DNA of 64,000 bases from Lachnospiraceae bacterium (lineage in GTDB: Bacteria; Bacillota; Clostridia; Lachnospirales; Lachnospiraceae). The translations under genes and the position numbers were made by a program. The notes beneath the pieces were generated by a model. That model made no database searches and was not told the DNA's origin. It was given only the letters and a program-made list of their open reading frames with translations. How positions within the stretch are numbered: the first letter of the stretch is position 1; each line of letters opens with the position of its first letter. This document shows positions 38,953 to 48,446 of the stretch, in pieces. Location: contig JAZQQM010000052.1 in the NCBI GenBank assembly GCA_045629045.1, positions 6,585-70,584 on the forward strand. Direction: 5' to 3'.

Positions 38953-39351
38953 ATGTTTATGGGTTATTTTAGTCCGCTAAAAAGAGATAAAAACAAGAAA
39001 TATGATGAGCAAAAGCGCAACACGGTTTACAATCAGACTTTCATCTACCTTCTTGTTGCAGGATATGTTTTATATCTTTACAAAGATATATATACCGACT
39101 TTTTTGCCAAAACAGGAACCATGTCACTTACGGCTTTTATTCTTTCAAGCATTTTTATGGTAGGCGGTGCACTGTTCCTTATTATTTTCAGTATAATTAC
39201 TCTTCCCAAGGCCCTTATTAAGACAGAGCTTCCTCCCGAAGAAGCCGATATTATTGATGTCGAGTCTCCCGAAAAGGCCGATACCATCGATGTTGAGTCT
39301 TCGGAAGAAGTTAAACAGCTGACAGAGGGTGAGGAAAAGACAAATGATTAA
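38953..39351 (+). CDS. Small membrane protein with acidic repeated tail
   Basis: Two hydrophobic helices. The tail contains the near-duplicate EEADIIDVESPEKADTIDVESSEE. Confidence 0.4.
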   Translation: MFMGYFSPLKRDKNKKYDEQKRNTVYNQTFIYLLVAGYVLYLYKDIYTDFFAKTGTMSLTAFILSSIFMVGGALFLIIFSIITLPKALIKTELPPEEADIIDVESPEKADTIDVESSEEVKQLTEGEEKTND

Positions 39352-40477
39352 TGTATTACTTACCTGCACCATTATACTGATGATTGTTTCAATCGTTGCA
39401 CTGTCTTTTCTGCTCAAAAAATTTATAAATAAAACAATTTATGCTTATCGCAACATTCTTACGGTTGCAGCCATCATATATATTTCCATTATGTTCGTAG
39501 TATTGGTAGGATATATTTTTGTAAGGCATCTTAACGATACACAAATAACGATTCGAAGTTTCTTTGAATTTGCCGCTGATTTTCCCAGAGCCTTCTCCTA
39601 CTTTGCAATCCCTGTGTTCTTAATTATCTGCCTGGCAATTTTCGTAAGTAATCTTGCCCTTATAAGGCACGAAGGTTTTAGAACCACCAACCTTATGAGC
39701 GCAGTCCTGGGAATTTGCTATATAGGCGGCACGGGGCTTTTGTACCTTGTATCCTATTGCATCCAAAAATATCTGTTGCTCCCTAACGGAATAACAAACG
39801 GTCATCCCCTCATTATTGTTTTTACTTACAGTGAGTTATTTCTTATGATGCTCATTTCATATTTTGAATGTATACTGATTGCCTCTTTTATTATGGGATA
39901 TGTTGCCGTCAAACATGTTCCGTCCCATGATAAGGATTTTATAATTATTTTAGGCTGTCTCATAAGTAAAGAAGGCGGTCTTCTTCCTTTGCTTAAAGCA
40001 AGAACCAATCGTGCCATCAAGTTCGCCTGGGAGCAGGAAATAGATACCGGTAAGAAACTCAGATTTGTGCCTTCCGGCGGCAAAGGACATAACGAAATCA
40101 TTGCCGAAGGTTCTGCCATTGAATTATATCTTTTATCCCACAGTGCGGAATTCTATGAAGTATTTACGGAAAAGCATTCCAAAAACACATATGAAAACAT
40201 GCTCTTTTCAAAAAAGATAATTGATGAAGTAAATCCGGATGCCAAAATAGCCTTCGCCACCACCAATTATCACATCTTAAGAAGCGGTATTTTGGCCCGT
40301 CGCGCAGGTTTTGATGCAGAAGGAATAGCAAGTAAAACCAAGTGGTATTTCTGGCCCAACGGTTTTATTCGCGAGTTCTTCGGCATCCTTGCAATAAACA
40401 AAAAGGCGCATATCCTAACGATAAGCGCCTGTGCTTTAGTAAATATAATTCTCGGAATAATAGATTTTATTAATTGA
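39344..40477 (+). CDS. YdcF/DUF218 (ElyC/SanA-type) domain membrane protein
   Basis: N-terminal multi-TM region followed by FIIILGC...PSGGKG...NTYENM...TTNYHILRS, typical of DUF218. The start is ATG 39344 (overlapping the upstream stop as ATGATTAA) or GTG 39329. Confidence 0.7.
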   Translation: MINVLLTCTIILMIVSIVALSFLLKKFINKTIYAYRNILTVAAIIYISIMFVVLVGYIFVRHLNDTQITIRSFFEFAADFPRAFSYFAIPVFLIICLAIFVSNLALIRHEGFRTTNLMSAVLGICYIGGTGLLYLVSYCIQKYLLLPNGITNGHPLIIVFTYSELFLMMLISYFECILIASFIMGYVAVKHVPSHDKDFIIILGCLISKEGGLLPLLKARTNRAIKFAWEQEIDTGKKLRFVPSGGKGHNEIIAEGSAIELYLLSHSAEFYEVFTEKHSKNTYENMLFSKKIIDEVNPDAKIAFATTNYHILRSGILARRAGFDAEGIASKTKWYFWPNGFIREFFGILAINKKAHILTISACALVNIILGIIDFIN

Positions 40478-41615
40478 TTGCCACCTCTTCCCATGTATCG
40501 TCGGGAACTATAGCAATATATGTTTTACCGGTGTTGAGAGTAATCTCTTCGCCGGTTTTTTGATTGTAGAACTTGGTGATATTAGCTTCGCCTTCCTTAA
40601 TCCACATAATGGGAATTGCTTCACCGTTTGTAATATAATAGCCGTGTTCACCGGTTCCTATTACATTGTAGATAAGATATCCGTTCTCATCAAGCTGGGC
40701 AAAGGAAACTCCGTAAACAATCAAATTCTTAAATGAAGTAACTTCACCCGTCAGTTCATCCACATGGGGATCACCGTATTCATAATACTCGTATGTCTTT
40801 GTTTCTTCGTTATACTGAAGATTTGACTTATTATGATAAAAAGGAAGCGAAATACTCTTTGCGCTCTTCGTCTCATCAGTTTCCGAAAGTTCAAACTCCT
40901 TATTCGAGAAGTTAAAATGAGGACCTTCATAAAGCTCTGTATATGTTCTGCTGTACTTGGCATCTTCAATTCTCTTAAGAAGGCCGTCAAAAGTCTTGCC
41001 ATTTGAATTGGTATACTCCTCGGGGGTTACATATTCCGTAAATTCAAGAGATTTACCATTGGGAATTCTTGCAAAACCACCGCTTAGATTATTTGTATAA
41101 TCCTTGGCGTAATAATCATCGTTGTAGAACGGGCCTCCGTCATGAATAAGAATTGCATTGTACTCTGCCGCAATCATGAAGTTTGTGGGACGTGTACTTC
41201 TTATTGAACCCAGTTGTTCTATATTTTCATAATCCTTTGCAATACACATAAGACGTGTGATTCTGTCATTTGCTGTAGAATTCATCATCTCATATACAAC
41301 ATCGCAGCTGTTAACACCGAAATGATTAAGTGCAAAAAGTTCGTTATCAACCATTGCAGCTATCGGACGCTGATCCTTTAATCCTTCATCTATCCATTCA
41401 TTGGTAAGTTCCGATCTGTAGCAGCCTTCAACTACCTCCTCCTCCGGTTCCGGTTCGGGTGTTGGTTCAGGTGTCGGAGTCGGGTCCGGAATAGGCTCGA
41501 CAATAGTTGCTATAATATCTTCCTGAGGTTCTTCCCCCGGCAGTCCCTGACAGCCGCAAAGCATTGTTGCAATTACCGCAACACCCATCAGGAATGTAAG
41601 TGATTTTTTTAACAT
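40470..41615 (-). CDS. DUF3048-domain lipoprotein (YerB-like)
   Basis: Lipobox LCGC, a Pro/Glu/Thr-rich linker, then RPIAAMVDNE...VVYEM...TRLMCI, typical of DUF3048. Confidence 0.65.
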   Translation of the reverse strand: MLKKSLTFLMGVAVIATMLCGCQGLPGEEPQEDIIATIVEPIPDPTPTPEPTPEPEPEEEVVEGCYRSELTNEWIDEGLKDQRPIAAMVDNELFALNHFGVNSCDVVYEMMNSTANDRITRLMCIAKDYENIEQLGSIRSTRPTNFMIAAEYNAILIHDGGPFYNDDYYAKDYTNNLSGGFARIPNGKSLEFTEYVTPEEYTNSNGKTFDGLLKRIEDAKYSRTYTELYEGPHFNFSNKEFELSETDETKSAKSISLPFYHNKSNLQYNEETKTYEYYEYGDPHVDELTGEVTSFKNLIVYGVSFAQLDENGYLIYNVIGTGEHGYYITNGEAIPIMWIKEGEANITKFYNQKTGEEITLNTGKTYIAIVPDDTWEEVAIN

Positions 41616-41634
41616 AATGATTCCTCTATTACTT

Positions 41635-42273
41635 TCAGTTAATGCTTACGCCGAGTTTTTTTAGTTCATAACAAACTCGCGCTATTGGCAATCCTACCAC
41701 ATTATAGAACTCTCCGTCAATTGACTTAACATATTTGCCCGCCTTTCCCTGTATGCCATAGGCACCTGCTTTATCAAGCGGCTCTCCCGTTGCAATATAT
41801 GCCTCAATATCCTCTGTGCTCATTTCATAGAATGTAACCTTAGTTTCCTCATGGAATGAATATTCATACGCTTTGCCTTCCTTAGAGATAAATACGAAGG
41901 ATACTCCCGTAAATACGCTATGAGTATTGCCGGACAAAGATATAAGCATTCTTTTTGCGTCCTCTTCATCCTTGGGTTTACCCAGAATCTCATTCTTTCC
42001 GTTTTCGTCCGTAACGGCAACAATCGTGTCTGCTCCTATTACAAGTATATCCTGAGGAACTGTAATTTCCGGGTGTTCATCGTTATAGGCTTTAATTCCC
42101 GAAGCAATTTCCATGGCTTTCTGGACGGCCAGTTCCACGCATATCTCATTCGGTGTTACTTTTGTCGTAACCTCGTCCTTCGTGGCAGGGCATATTTCAA
42201 ATTCAAATCCTGCCTCTTCCATTATCTGTTTTCTTCTTGGCGAACCTGATGCAAGTACTACTCTGTATTTCAT
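41635..42273 (-). CDS. maf: Maf-family nucleoside triphosphate pyrophosphatase
   Basis: Start trimmed to MKYRVVLASGSPRRKQIM (ATG 42273). AGAYGIQG motif present. Confidence 0.9.
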   Translation of the reverse strand: MKYRVVLASGSPRRKQIMEEAGFEFEICPATKDEVTTKVTPNEICVELAVQKAMEIASGIKAYNDEHPEITVPQDILVIGADTIVAVTDENGKNEILGKPKDEEDAKRMLISLSGNTHSVFTGVSFVFISKEGKAYEYSFHEETKVTFYEMSTEDIEAYIATGEPLDKAGAYGIQGKAGKYVKSIDGEFYNVVGLPIARVCYELKKLGVSIN

Positions 42274-42315
42274 AATAATCTCATTTGCTTTCACACTGTT
42301 TACCGCTTTGCACAT

Positions 42316-42966
42316 TCAGTTTAAACTTTTTAAGAAAACTACCTTCTCTTCAGTTTTTTTACCGGTACAGTATGCCGCTTTATATCCTTCCATATCATTT
42401 ATTTCATAACAAAAATATCCTTCATCGCTTATTTGGACCTTACCATGTTCCAATCCGGTTTCAAAGGAATCAAGATTTTTTGATAAGCCCTCTCCTACAG
42501 CCTTTATATAGCTTTCCTTTACCGTCCATATTCTGTAGAAGGCATCCATAATATCATCATGCTGTAGCGATTCTATATATTCCGATTCCTTTAATGTAAA
42601 AAAGCGTTTGGCTATTCGCAATATATTATCTTTCGTATCTTCAATCATCTGAATATCGCATCCTATGGTCTCGTCCGAGATTCCACACATTACCCTATCT
42701 CCGGAATGTGACAGACTAAAGAATATATCCTTATGATTTTTCAAAAAAGGCTTTCCAAACTCATTATAAGTGACATCAATGTCATCTTTGATATTCATTT
42801 GACCTAAAGCATACTGAAGCAATCCCCAGGCTCCTACCGAGCGGGCCTTATCTTTCATAAATCTATACTTATCCGCTTTTTCCTTACGAAAATCCGGCAT
42901 CCTGTTATATAGCCCAAGGTAATTCTCTTCCGTATACAAATAACCGATATCCAAAATATATATCAT
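42316..42966 (-). CDS. 4'-phosphopantetheinyl transferase (Sfp type)
   Basis: FSLSHSGD, GCDIQ and WTVKESYIKAVGEGL motifs. Confidence 0.8.
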   Translation of the reverse strand: MIYILDIGYLYTEENYLGLYNRMPDFRKEKADKYRFMKDKARSVGAWGLLQYALGQMNIKDDIDVTYNEFGKPFLKNHKDIFFSLSHSGDRVMCGISDETIGCDIQMIEDTKDNILRIAKRFFTLKESEYIESLQHDDIMDAFYRIWTVKESYIKAVGEGLSKNLDSFETGLEHGKVQISDEGYFCYEINDMEGYKAAYCTGKKTEEKVVFLKSLN

Positions 42967-42983
42967 AATAATCCTTCAATTTC

Positions 42984-43250
42984 TTACCACTTCTTAGAGG
43001 GACAATGTGCTGCCTTTGAAGCAGCCCTCAGTTCCACATAGCAACCGCATTTAAGACATGTTCCTTCCGTAAGCTTATCGCATAAAGTGCATATCTTAAG
43101 TCTTTCGTTATAAAGTTCATTATCCGCTCTTTCTTCTTTTTTGATTGCCTCAATATATTTTTCAATATCATCCTTATACTTTTGGGTATCAAAATCCCGA
43201 AGCAGACAGCGGTAGCATATTCTCTCTTCCATACCGAATAAGTATATCAA
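42984..43250 (-). CDS. Small Cys-rich protein (DUF6171-like)
   Basis: CYRC...CTLCDKL..GTCLKCGCYVELRAA...HCP. The start is uncertain (ATG 43250 or 43232). Confidence 0.45.
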   Translation of the reverse strand: MIYLFGMEERICYRCLLRDFDTQKYKDDIEKYIEAIKKEERADNELYNERLKICTLCDKLTEGTCLKCGCYVELRAASKAAHCPSKKW

Positions 43251-43295
43251 TTATCCCTGTAATTGTTTAGTCCTTTTCATGCTATAATTGATTTT

Positions 43296-43982
43296 ATGGA
43301 AAAGGATTTGTTTTTACCCATAAAAGAATATTTTGAAGCCTTCGGATACATTTGCGACGGCGAGGTCGGCGATATTGACATGTATCTTACCAAAGATGAC
43401 GAAACCGTTGCCGTCGAGCTTAAACAAACTCTCGATTTTAAATCCCTTCAGCAGGCGGCCCTTCGTCAAAAGGTGACAGACCATGTTTTTATCGGCATTT
43501 TTCGCCCCAAGGATATGAATTCAAGGGCCTTTAAAGACAAAGAATATCTTCTTAAGCGTCTCGGAATAGGACTTATTGTTGTATCCAAAAGAACTAAAGC
43601 CGTAGAAATAGTATCGGAGCCTGTGGTTAGCGAACTTGACAGTTTCAGAGCCCATAATAAAAGCAAAAAAGAGGCTTTGGCCGTGGAATTCCAAAAGCGC
43701 CGCGTCAAATCAAACATCGGCGGTGTCCGGGGTGTAAAATTAATAACCGGCTATCGCGAAGATGCCCTTTTAATTCTTGATGCCCTGTGCGAACTTCACG
43801 GTGAAGGAAGCACCAAACAAATCAAAGAAATATGCGGCATCCCGAATGCAACCAATATTCTGTACAATAATTTCTATGGGTGGTTTATCAAAAAAGGCAA
43901 GGGAATATATTCCGTATCCGACCAAGGATACGATGCTCTCGAAGAATTTGAAAGCACATTAAAAGCGCTCAAGAAATCTTAA
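43296..43982 (+). CDS. DUF2161-like protein (putative PD-(D/E)XK fold plus winged helix)
   Basis: Start trimmed to MEKDLFLPIKEYFEAFGY. GDIDMY...AVELKQ resembles a PD-(D/E)XK D...E-x-K core. Family recognition is from memory only. Confidence 0.45.
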   Translation: MEKDLFLPIKEYFEAFGYICDGEVGDIDMYLTKDDETVAVELKQTLDFKSLQQAALRQKVTDHVFIGIFRPKDMNSRAFKDKEYLLKRLGIGLIVVSKRTKAVEIVSEPVVSELDSFRAHNKSKKEALAVEFQKRRVKSNIGGVRGVKLITGYREDALLILDALCELHGEGSTKQIKEICGIPNATNILYNNFYGWFIKKGKGIYSVSDQGYDALEEFESTLKALKKS

Positions 43983-43989
43983 TCCCTAA

Positions 43990-44706
43990 CTAAGATTTCC
44001 TGAGCCTTTCTATTTCATCATCATTTAGACTTCTGTACATACCTTCTTCCAAAGTTGAATCCAAAGTAAGCGGTCCCATAGAAACTCTTCGAAGATACGC
44101 AACATTACCGTCAAATGCTTCAAACATCCTTTTGACCTGATGATATCTTCCTTCATGAATTATCACCTCATAAAGATATAATCCTGGTCTGTCGGAGTTA
44201 TCGATACATGTTATTTTAGCCGGAAGCGTAGGCTTATCATCACCTATATCAATACCGCTTTTAAATACATCAATTTCATTTTCCGTCAGTTTCCTATCCA
44301 CATAGGCATGATAAGTTTTGTCCACGTGCTTTTTGGGGGATAAAAGGTTATGGGCCAGTTTCCCGTCATTCGTAATTAGCAAAAGTCCTTCCGTGTCCTT
44401 ATCAAGTCGTCCTACAGGGAATAAATCCTTCGTATTTACATCCTTTAAATAATCGATTACCGTCTGTGATAATCCATCTTTGGTTGCACTTACACAGCCT
44501 GCGGGTTTATTGAACATATAATATCTAAACTTACTGTAGACCACAGGTTCATTATCAAGAAGAACCCTGTCGCTGTTTTCGTCCAAAGTGTATGAAGGAT
44601 CCTTAACCGGCACGTCGTTAACGCGCACTCTTCCCTTTTTTAGAATTGATTTGACTTCAGACCTGGTTCCGATACCGGCCGAAGACAAGAATTTATCAAG
44701 TCGCAT
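43990..44706 (-). CDS. Pseudouridine synthase, RsuA/RluB family
   Basis: S4 domain (MRLDKFLSSAGIGTRSEVK) and catalytic GRLDKDTEGLLL. Confidence 0.88.
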   Translation of the reverse strand: MRLDKFLSSAGIGTRSEVKSILKKGRVRVNDVPVKDPSYTLDENSDRVLLDNEPVVYSKFRYYMFNKPAGCVSATKDGLSQTVIDYLKDVNTKDLFPVGRLDKDTEGLLLITNDGKLAHNLLSPKKHVDKTYHAYVDRKLTENEIDVFKSGIDIGDDKPTLPAKITCIDNSDRPGLYLYEVIIHEGRYHQVKRMFEAFDGNVAYLRRVSMGPLTLDSTLEEGMYRSLNDDEIERLRKS

Positions 44707-44858
44707 ATTCTCACATCACAATACAATATTTATTACTTTTCATATCGTATCATAAAATATATTTATGGGTAACACATATATTTTGATATATTGAAATAAT
44801 CCAAATATGTTTTATAATTATTAAGGTTTGCAACCCTTTAATAAACGGTGATATTACA

Positions 44859-45614
44859 ATGAATAAAAAGAAAGCATTTCTTTCCGGAATGCGTGACGGT
44901 ATTCCTATCGGATTAGGATACTTTGCCGTATCCTTTTCGCTTGGAATAATGGCCAAGAAGGGCGGACTTACACCTCTTTTGGGATTCGTATCAAGTTTCC
45001 TTACAAGAGCCTCCGCCGGTGAATACGGTGTATATTCACTTATTCTGTCCGATGCTACATATGTAGAGATTCTGGTTATTAGTTTAATTACCAATCTAAG
45101 ATACCTGCTTATGAGCACCGCGCTGTCACAAAAGTTTAGCCCGGAAACATCTATTTTCAAAAGAATATTGGTGGGATGCTGCGTAACGGATGAAGTGTTC
45201 GGTATTTCCATTGCCTACAAAGGTTATCTTGAACCACTATACACCTTTGGTGCATTTGCGGTCTCATCTCCCATGTGGGCCGCAGGTACATCATGCGGCA
45301 TCATTGCAGGCTCAATATTACCTGCAAGAGCTGTTTCGGCTCTTAGTGTTGCCCTATACGGAATGTTCCTTGCAATTATTGTTCCTCCTTCAAAAAAGGA
45401 CAAGGCTGTATTGTGTTCCGTTATTGCAAGTTTCGCACTGAGTTTCCTATGGACGGATCCCTTCAGATGGATTAAAGACAATGCAACAGGAATTGTTGCA
45501 TGGATTATGAATGTAAGTGCCGGAACGAGAACAATTATTCTTACAATAATAATTGCGGCAGTTGTTGCAATTATCCGCCCCGTTCCCGTAGTTCCCGAAG
45601 AATTGGATGATTAG
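44859..45614 (+). CDS. azlC: AzlC-family branched-chain amino acid transporter subunit
   Basis: 251 aa, multi-TM, GIPIGLGYFAVSFSLG N-terminus. Paired with a downstream AzlD-like gene. Confidence 0.8.
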   Translation: MNKKKAFLSGMRDGIPIGLGYFAVSFSLGIMAKKGGLTPLLGFVSSFLTRASAGEYGVYSLILSDATYVEILVISLITNLRYLLMSTALSQKFSPETSIFKRILVGCCVTDEVFGISIAYKGYLEPLYTFGAFAVSSPMWAAGTSCGIIAGSILPARAVSALSVALYGMFLAIIVPPSKKDKAVLCSVIASFALSFLWTDPFRWIKDNATGIVAWIMNVSAGTRTIILTIIIAAVVAIIRPVPVVPEELDD

Positions 45615-45616
45615 TT

Positions 45617-45925
45617 ATGACTACACACTCTGTTATAATCTATATATTGATTATGGTATTGACCACCAACTTAATAAGAGTACTTCCACTTACATTAATT
45701 CGTAAGCAGATTAAGAATCAGTTTATCCAGAGTTTCTTATATTACGTACCCTATGTAACCCTGGCGGTTATGACATTCCCCGCAATCATAGAAGCTACAG
45801 GTTCTCCCTTAGCAGGAGCGCTTGCCCTGATTCTGGGCATAGCTGCCGCATGGTTGGGATTGGGATTATTCCCTGTTTCGGTAATCTGCTGTGTTACCGT
45901 GTTTATCCTGGAATTATTTATATAA
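45617..45925 (+). CDS. azlD: AzlD-family transporter subunit
   Basis: 102 aa, 3-4 TM. Lies immediately after azlC. Confidence 0.75.
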   Translation: MTTHSVIIYILIMVLTTNLIRVLPLTLIRKQIKNQFIQSFLYYVPYVTLAVMTFPAIIEATGSPLAGALALILGIAAAWLGLGLFPVSVICCVTVFILELFI

Positions 45926-45926
45926 A

Positions 45927-47540
45927 TTATTTCATATAGACTATACTGCGTGCAGGCAATGTTATTTTGCCTGCATTTATTTTTACTTCCGAATTATCTA
46001 CAGTAAGATATCCCACTATTTTCTTATCATCAAGACCCAGTTGCGCGATGTCGGCAACATACTCCTCTTCGGCAGAATTGTTATAAATAACAGTAATCGT
46101 ACTATTGTTATATTCTTTTGATATTACGGCATGTTTTCCTTCTGTTCCCTGCTCATTTACCGTAATTGTTCCCCGGGCAATTTCAGGATTCTGGTTTCTT
46201 ATAAGCAATGCTTTTTTATAATAGTTCAGAATCGAATTATCATCCTTTAACTGCTCTTTAACGCCGTCAAATTTCTGAACCACATCCCTGTCGGCATCAA
46301 TAGGGCCAAGACAGTTTCCATCATTAGCTTCCATATACGAATCATTATCCCACTTCATGGGAAGACGCTTACTTTCGTCTTTGCTGCCCTTAGACTTAAG
46401 ACCGATTTCTTCACCGTAATATACGAAAGGGCTTCCCGACATGCTCATAAGCAGTCCTCCCGCGTACTTAATTGCATCCTCATCTTCCATCAAAGCGTTT
46501 GATACTCTTGTCATATCATGATTGGTAATAAAGGGTGCATCAATATAATTCTCGTTTTGGGCTTTAAATTCCTCTTCATAGGACTTCATCGCTTTAACAA
46601 AGGAAGATACATTTCCTTTGCCCGAAGCAGATTTTACAATTTTGCCCTCGGCTGCTGCTGCATCGAAATTAAAAAATGAGTCCGTCTTACTTCCGTAATA
46701 CTCCGCAATGACAGATTCAGATGTCCATGCCTCCGATACCATATAAAAATCAGGATTAATATTCTTGCAATATGAATAAAGCCAGTTTAAAACCTCGGTA
46801 TTATACGGAGTATTGTTTTCGTCAAAGTGAGTAACCGCATCCATTCTAAAGCCGTCAACGCCAATATCTTTTACCCAGAATGAAGCAATATCTTCAAACT
46901 CTTTTCTTAATGCTTCACTGTCAAAATTAAGGTCCGGCATTTCAGACCAGAATACTCCCTCATAATAATACGGTGTACCCTCAACAGGATAATAATCCCC
47001 TGTAAGCTGTTCCTCGGAGAAATGATAGTATCCCACATAAGGGCATTCCGCAATCATTTCCTCCATGGTCATATCAGAGTTTTTCGGAAGGTTTCTTAAA
47101 TACTCGCAGGCATCCGTAAACCATTTATTCTTGGATGAAGAATGATTAATCGCAAAATCAATTATGACGCGAATGTCATTTTCATGTGCATCAACAACAA
47201 GTTTTCTCATATCATCCATAGTACCGTATTCCGGATCAATCTTAAGGTAATCCGTAACATCGTACTTGTGATATGTGGGAGAATCCATTATCGGCATCAG
47301 CCATATTCCGTTAAATCCCATATCCTTTATATATGGAATTTTAGCGTCCACGCCTCTTAAATCTCCTATTCCGTCATCGTTTGAATCGTAAAAAGAATAT
47401 ACGAATATCTCGTAATAATTACGATAATTATCCTCGATAACATCAAGTTTGGGACTCGGTTTGCATCCTGAAAGTCCCATTATCATAATTCCCGCTAAGG
47501 CAACCGACAGTATTCTTTTTATTGTTGATGATAATTTCAT
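45927..47540 (-). CDS. GH13 alpha-amylase-family glycosidase, lipoprotein
   Basis: Lipobox LSGC. GH13 regions present are GFNGIWLMP, DFAINHSS, GVDGFRMDAVTH, MVSEAW and FITNHD. Confidence 0.85.
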   Translation of the reverse strand: MKLSSTIKRILSVALAGIMIMGLSGCKPSPKLDVIEDNYRNYYEIFVYSFYDSNDDGIGDLRGVDAKIPYIKDMGFNGIWLMPIMDSPTYHKYDVTDYLKIDPEYGTMDDMRKLVVDAHENDIRVIIDFAINHSSSKNKWFTDACEYLRNLPKNSDMTMEEMIAECPYVGYYHFSEEQLTGDYYPVEGTPYYYEGVFWSEMPDLNFDSEALRKEFEDIASFWVKDIGVDGFRMDAVTHFDENNTPYNTEVLNWLYSYCKNINPDFYMVSEAWTSESVIAEYYGSKTDSFFNFDAAAAEGKIVKSASGKGNVSSFVKAMKSYEEEFKAQNENYIDAPFITNHDMTRVSNALMEDEDAIKYAGGLLMSMSGSPFVYYGEEIGLKSKGSKDESKRLPMKWDNDSYMEANDGNCLGPIDADRDVVQKFDGVKEQLKDDNSILNYYKKALLIRNQNPEIARGTITVNEQGTEGKHAVISKEYNNSTITVIYNNSAEEEYVADIAQLGLDDKKIVGYLTVDNSEVKINAGKITLPARSIVYMK

Positions 47541-47551
47541 AACAAATCCTT

Positions 47552-47587
47552 TACCTAATAAAGGGCGGTAGAAAATCCTACCGCCCT
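47552..47587 (-). terminator. Hairpin between the permease gene and the GH13 gene (weak terminator/attenuator)
   Basis: agggcggtag-aaaatc-ctaccgccct. The T-tail is weak. Confidence 0.5.
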
Positions 47588-47594
47588 GATATAA

Positions 47595-48446
47595 CTAACC
47601 TTTAACAGCACCGCCTGTAACACCTTCAACGTAATATTTCTGAAGGCACATGAACAATATGGTAACGGGAACGGCAATCAATATACCGCCTGCACAGAAT
47701 CTTGTGAAGTATCCCTGATAGTCGTTGGTCCATACCCATCTTTGTAATGCAACGGCTACGTTATAGCTGTCCGAATGACCGAATGCCACATATGAAGCAA
47801 ATACATAATCACACCATGGTGCCATAAAAGCTACCAGCGCCGTGTAAATAATAATCGGCTTTGACATGGGCATAATCATTGTAATAAATACTCTCATTCT
47901 TGATGCGCCGTCTATTCTTGCCGCATCATCAAGAGATTTGGGAATTGTATCAAAGTATCCCTTACATACGTAATATCCCATTCCGGCACTTGCCACGGAA
48001 ATAAGAATAAGTCCCGGTATTGCACCTTCCTGAGTAAGTCCCATATTCTTAAGAAGGAAGTACAGACAAATCATTGTTAAGAATCCGGGGAACATTCCAA
48101 GTACCAGCCAGAATCTCATAAGTAATGCTCTTAATCTGAATCTTGTTCTTGATAAAGTATAACTTACGGCAAGAATCATCAATGTATTACCCAACGCCAC
48201 AAAAAGCGCAATGATTAATGTGTTTTCATACCATGCAAGGAACTTGTTTTCAGGATCAAAGAGGAATTTATAATTATCAAGTGAAAAGGCCTTGGGCACT
48301 AAATACTCAACCATACCACCGTTCTCTGTTGCATAGGATCTGAAACTTTGAAGGAACAGTCCGGCAAAGGGAGCAAGCCATATAATGCTGATAAGTACAA
48401 GAACAACATATGTAATAATATCGCCTATTTTTCTTTTCGTTTTCAT
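47595..48446 (-). CDS. Sugar ABC transporter permease (MalG-like)
   Basis: 6 TM. EAA loop DDAARIDGASRMRVFITMIMP. Confidence 0.85.
   Translation of the reverse strand: MKTKRKIGDIITYVVLVLISIIWLAPFAGLFLQSFRSYATENGGMVEYLVPKAFSLDNYKFLFDPENKFLAWYENTLIIALFVALGNTLMILAVSYTLSRTRFRLRALLMRFWLVLGMFPGFLTMICLYFLLKNMGLTQEGAIPGLILISVASAGMGYYVCKGYFDTIPKSLDDAARIDGASRMRVFITMIMPMSKPIIIYTALVAFMAPWCDYVFASYVAFGHSDSYNVAVALQRWVWTNDYQGYFTRFCAGGILIAVPVTILFMCLQKYYVEGVTGGAVKG

Noticed and set aside
39236-39310. 33-nt direct DNA repeat inside the small membrane protein gene (EEADIIDVES / EKADTIDVES)
   Set aside because: A simple in-frame duplication within a low-complexity acidic tail. Nothing suggests a separate element.
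45925-45927. Convergent azlD and GH13 genes whose stop codons are 1 nt apart, with no terminator between them
   Set aside because: This is real but probably trivial, reflecting compact genome organisation with terminators possibly embedded in coding sequence. No further structure was seen.
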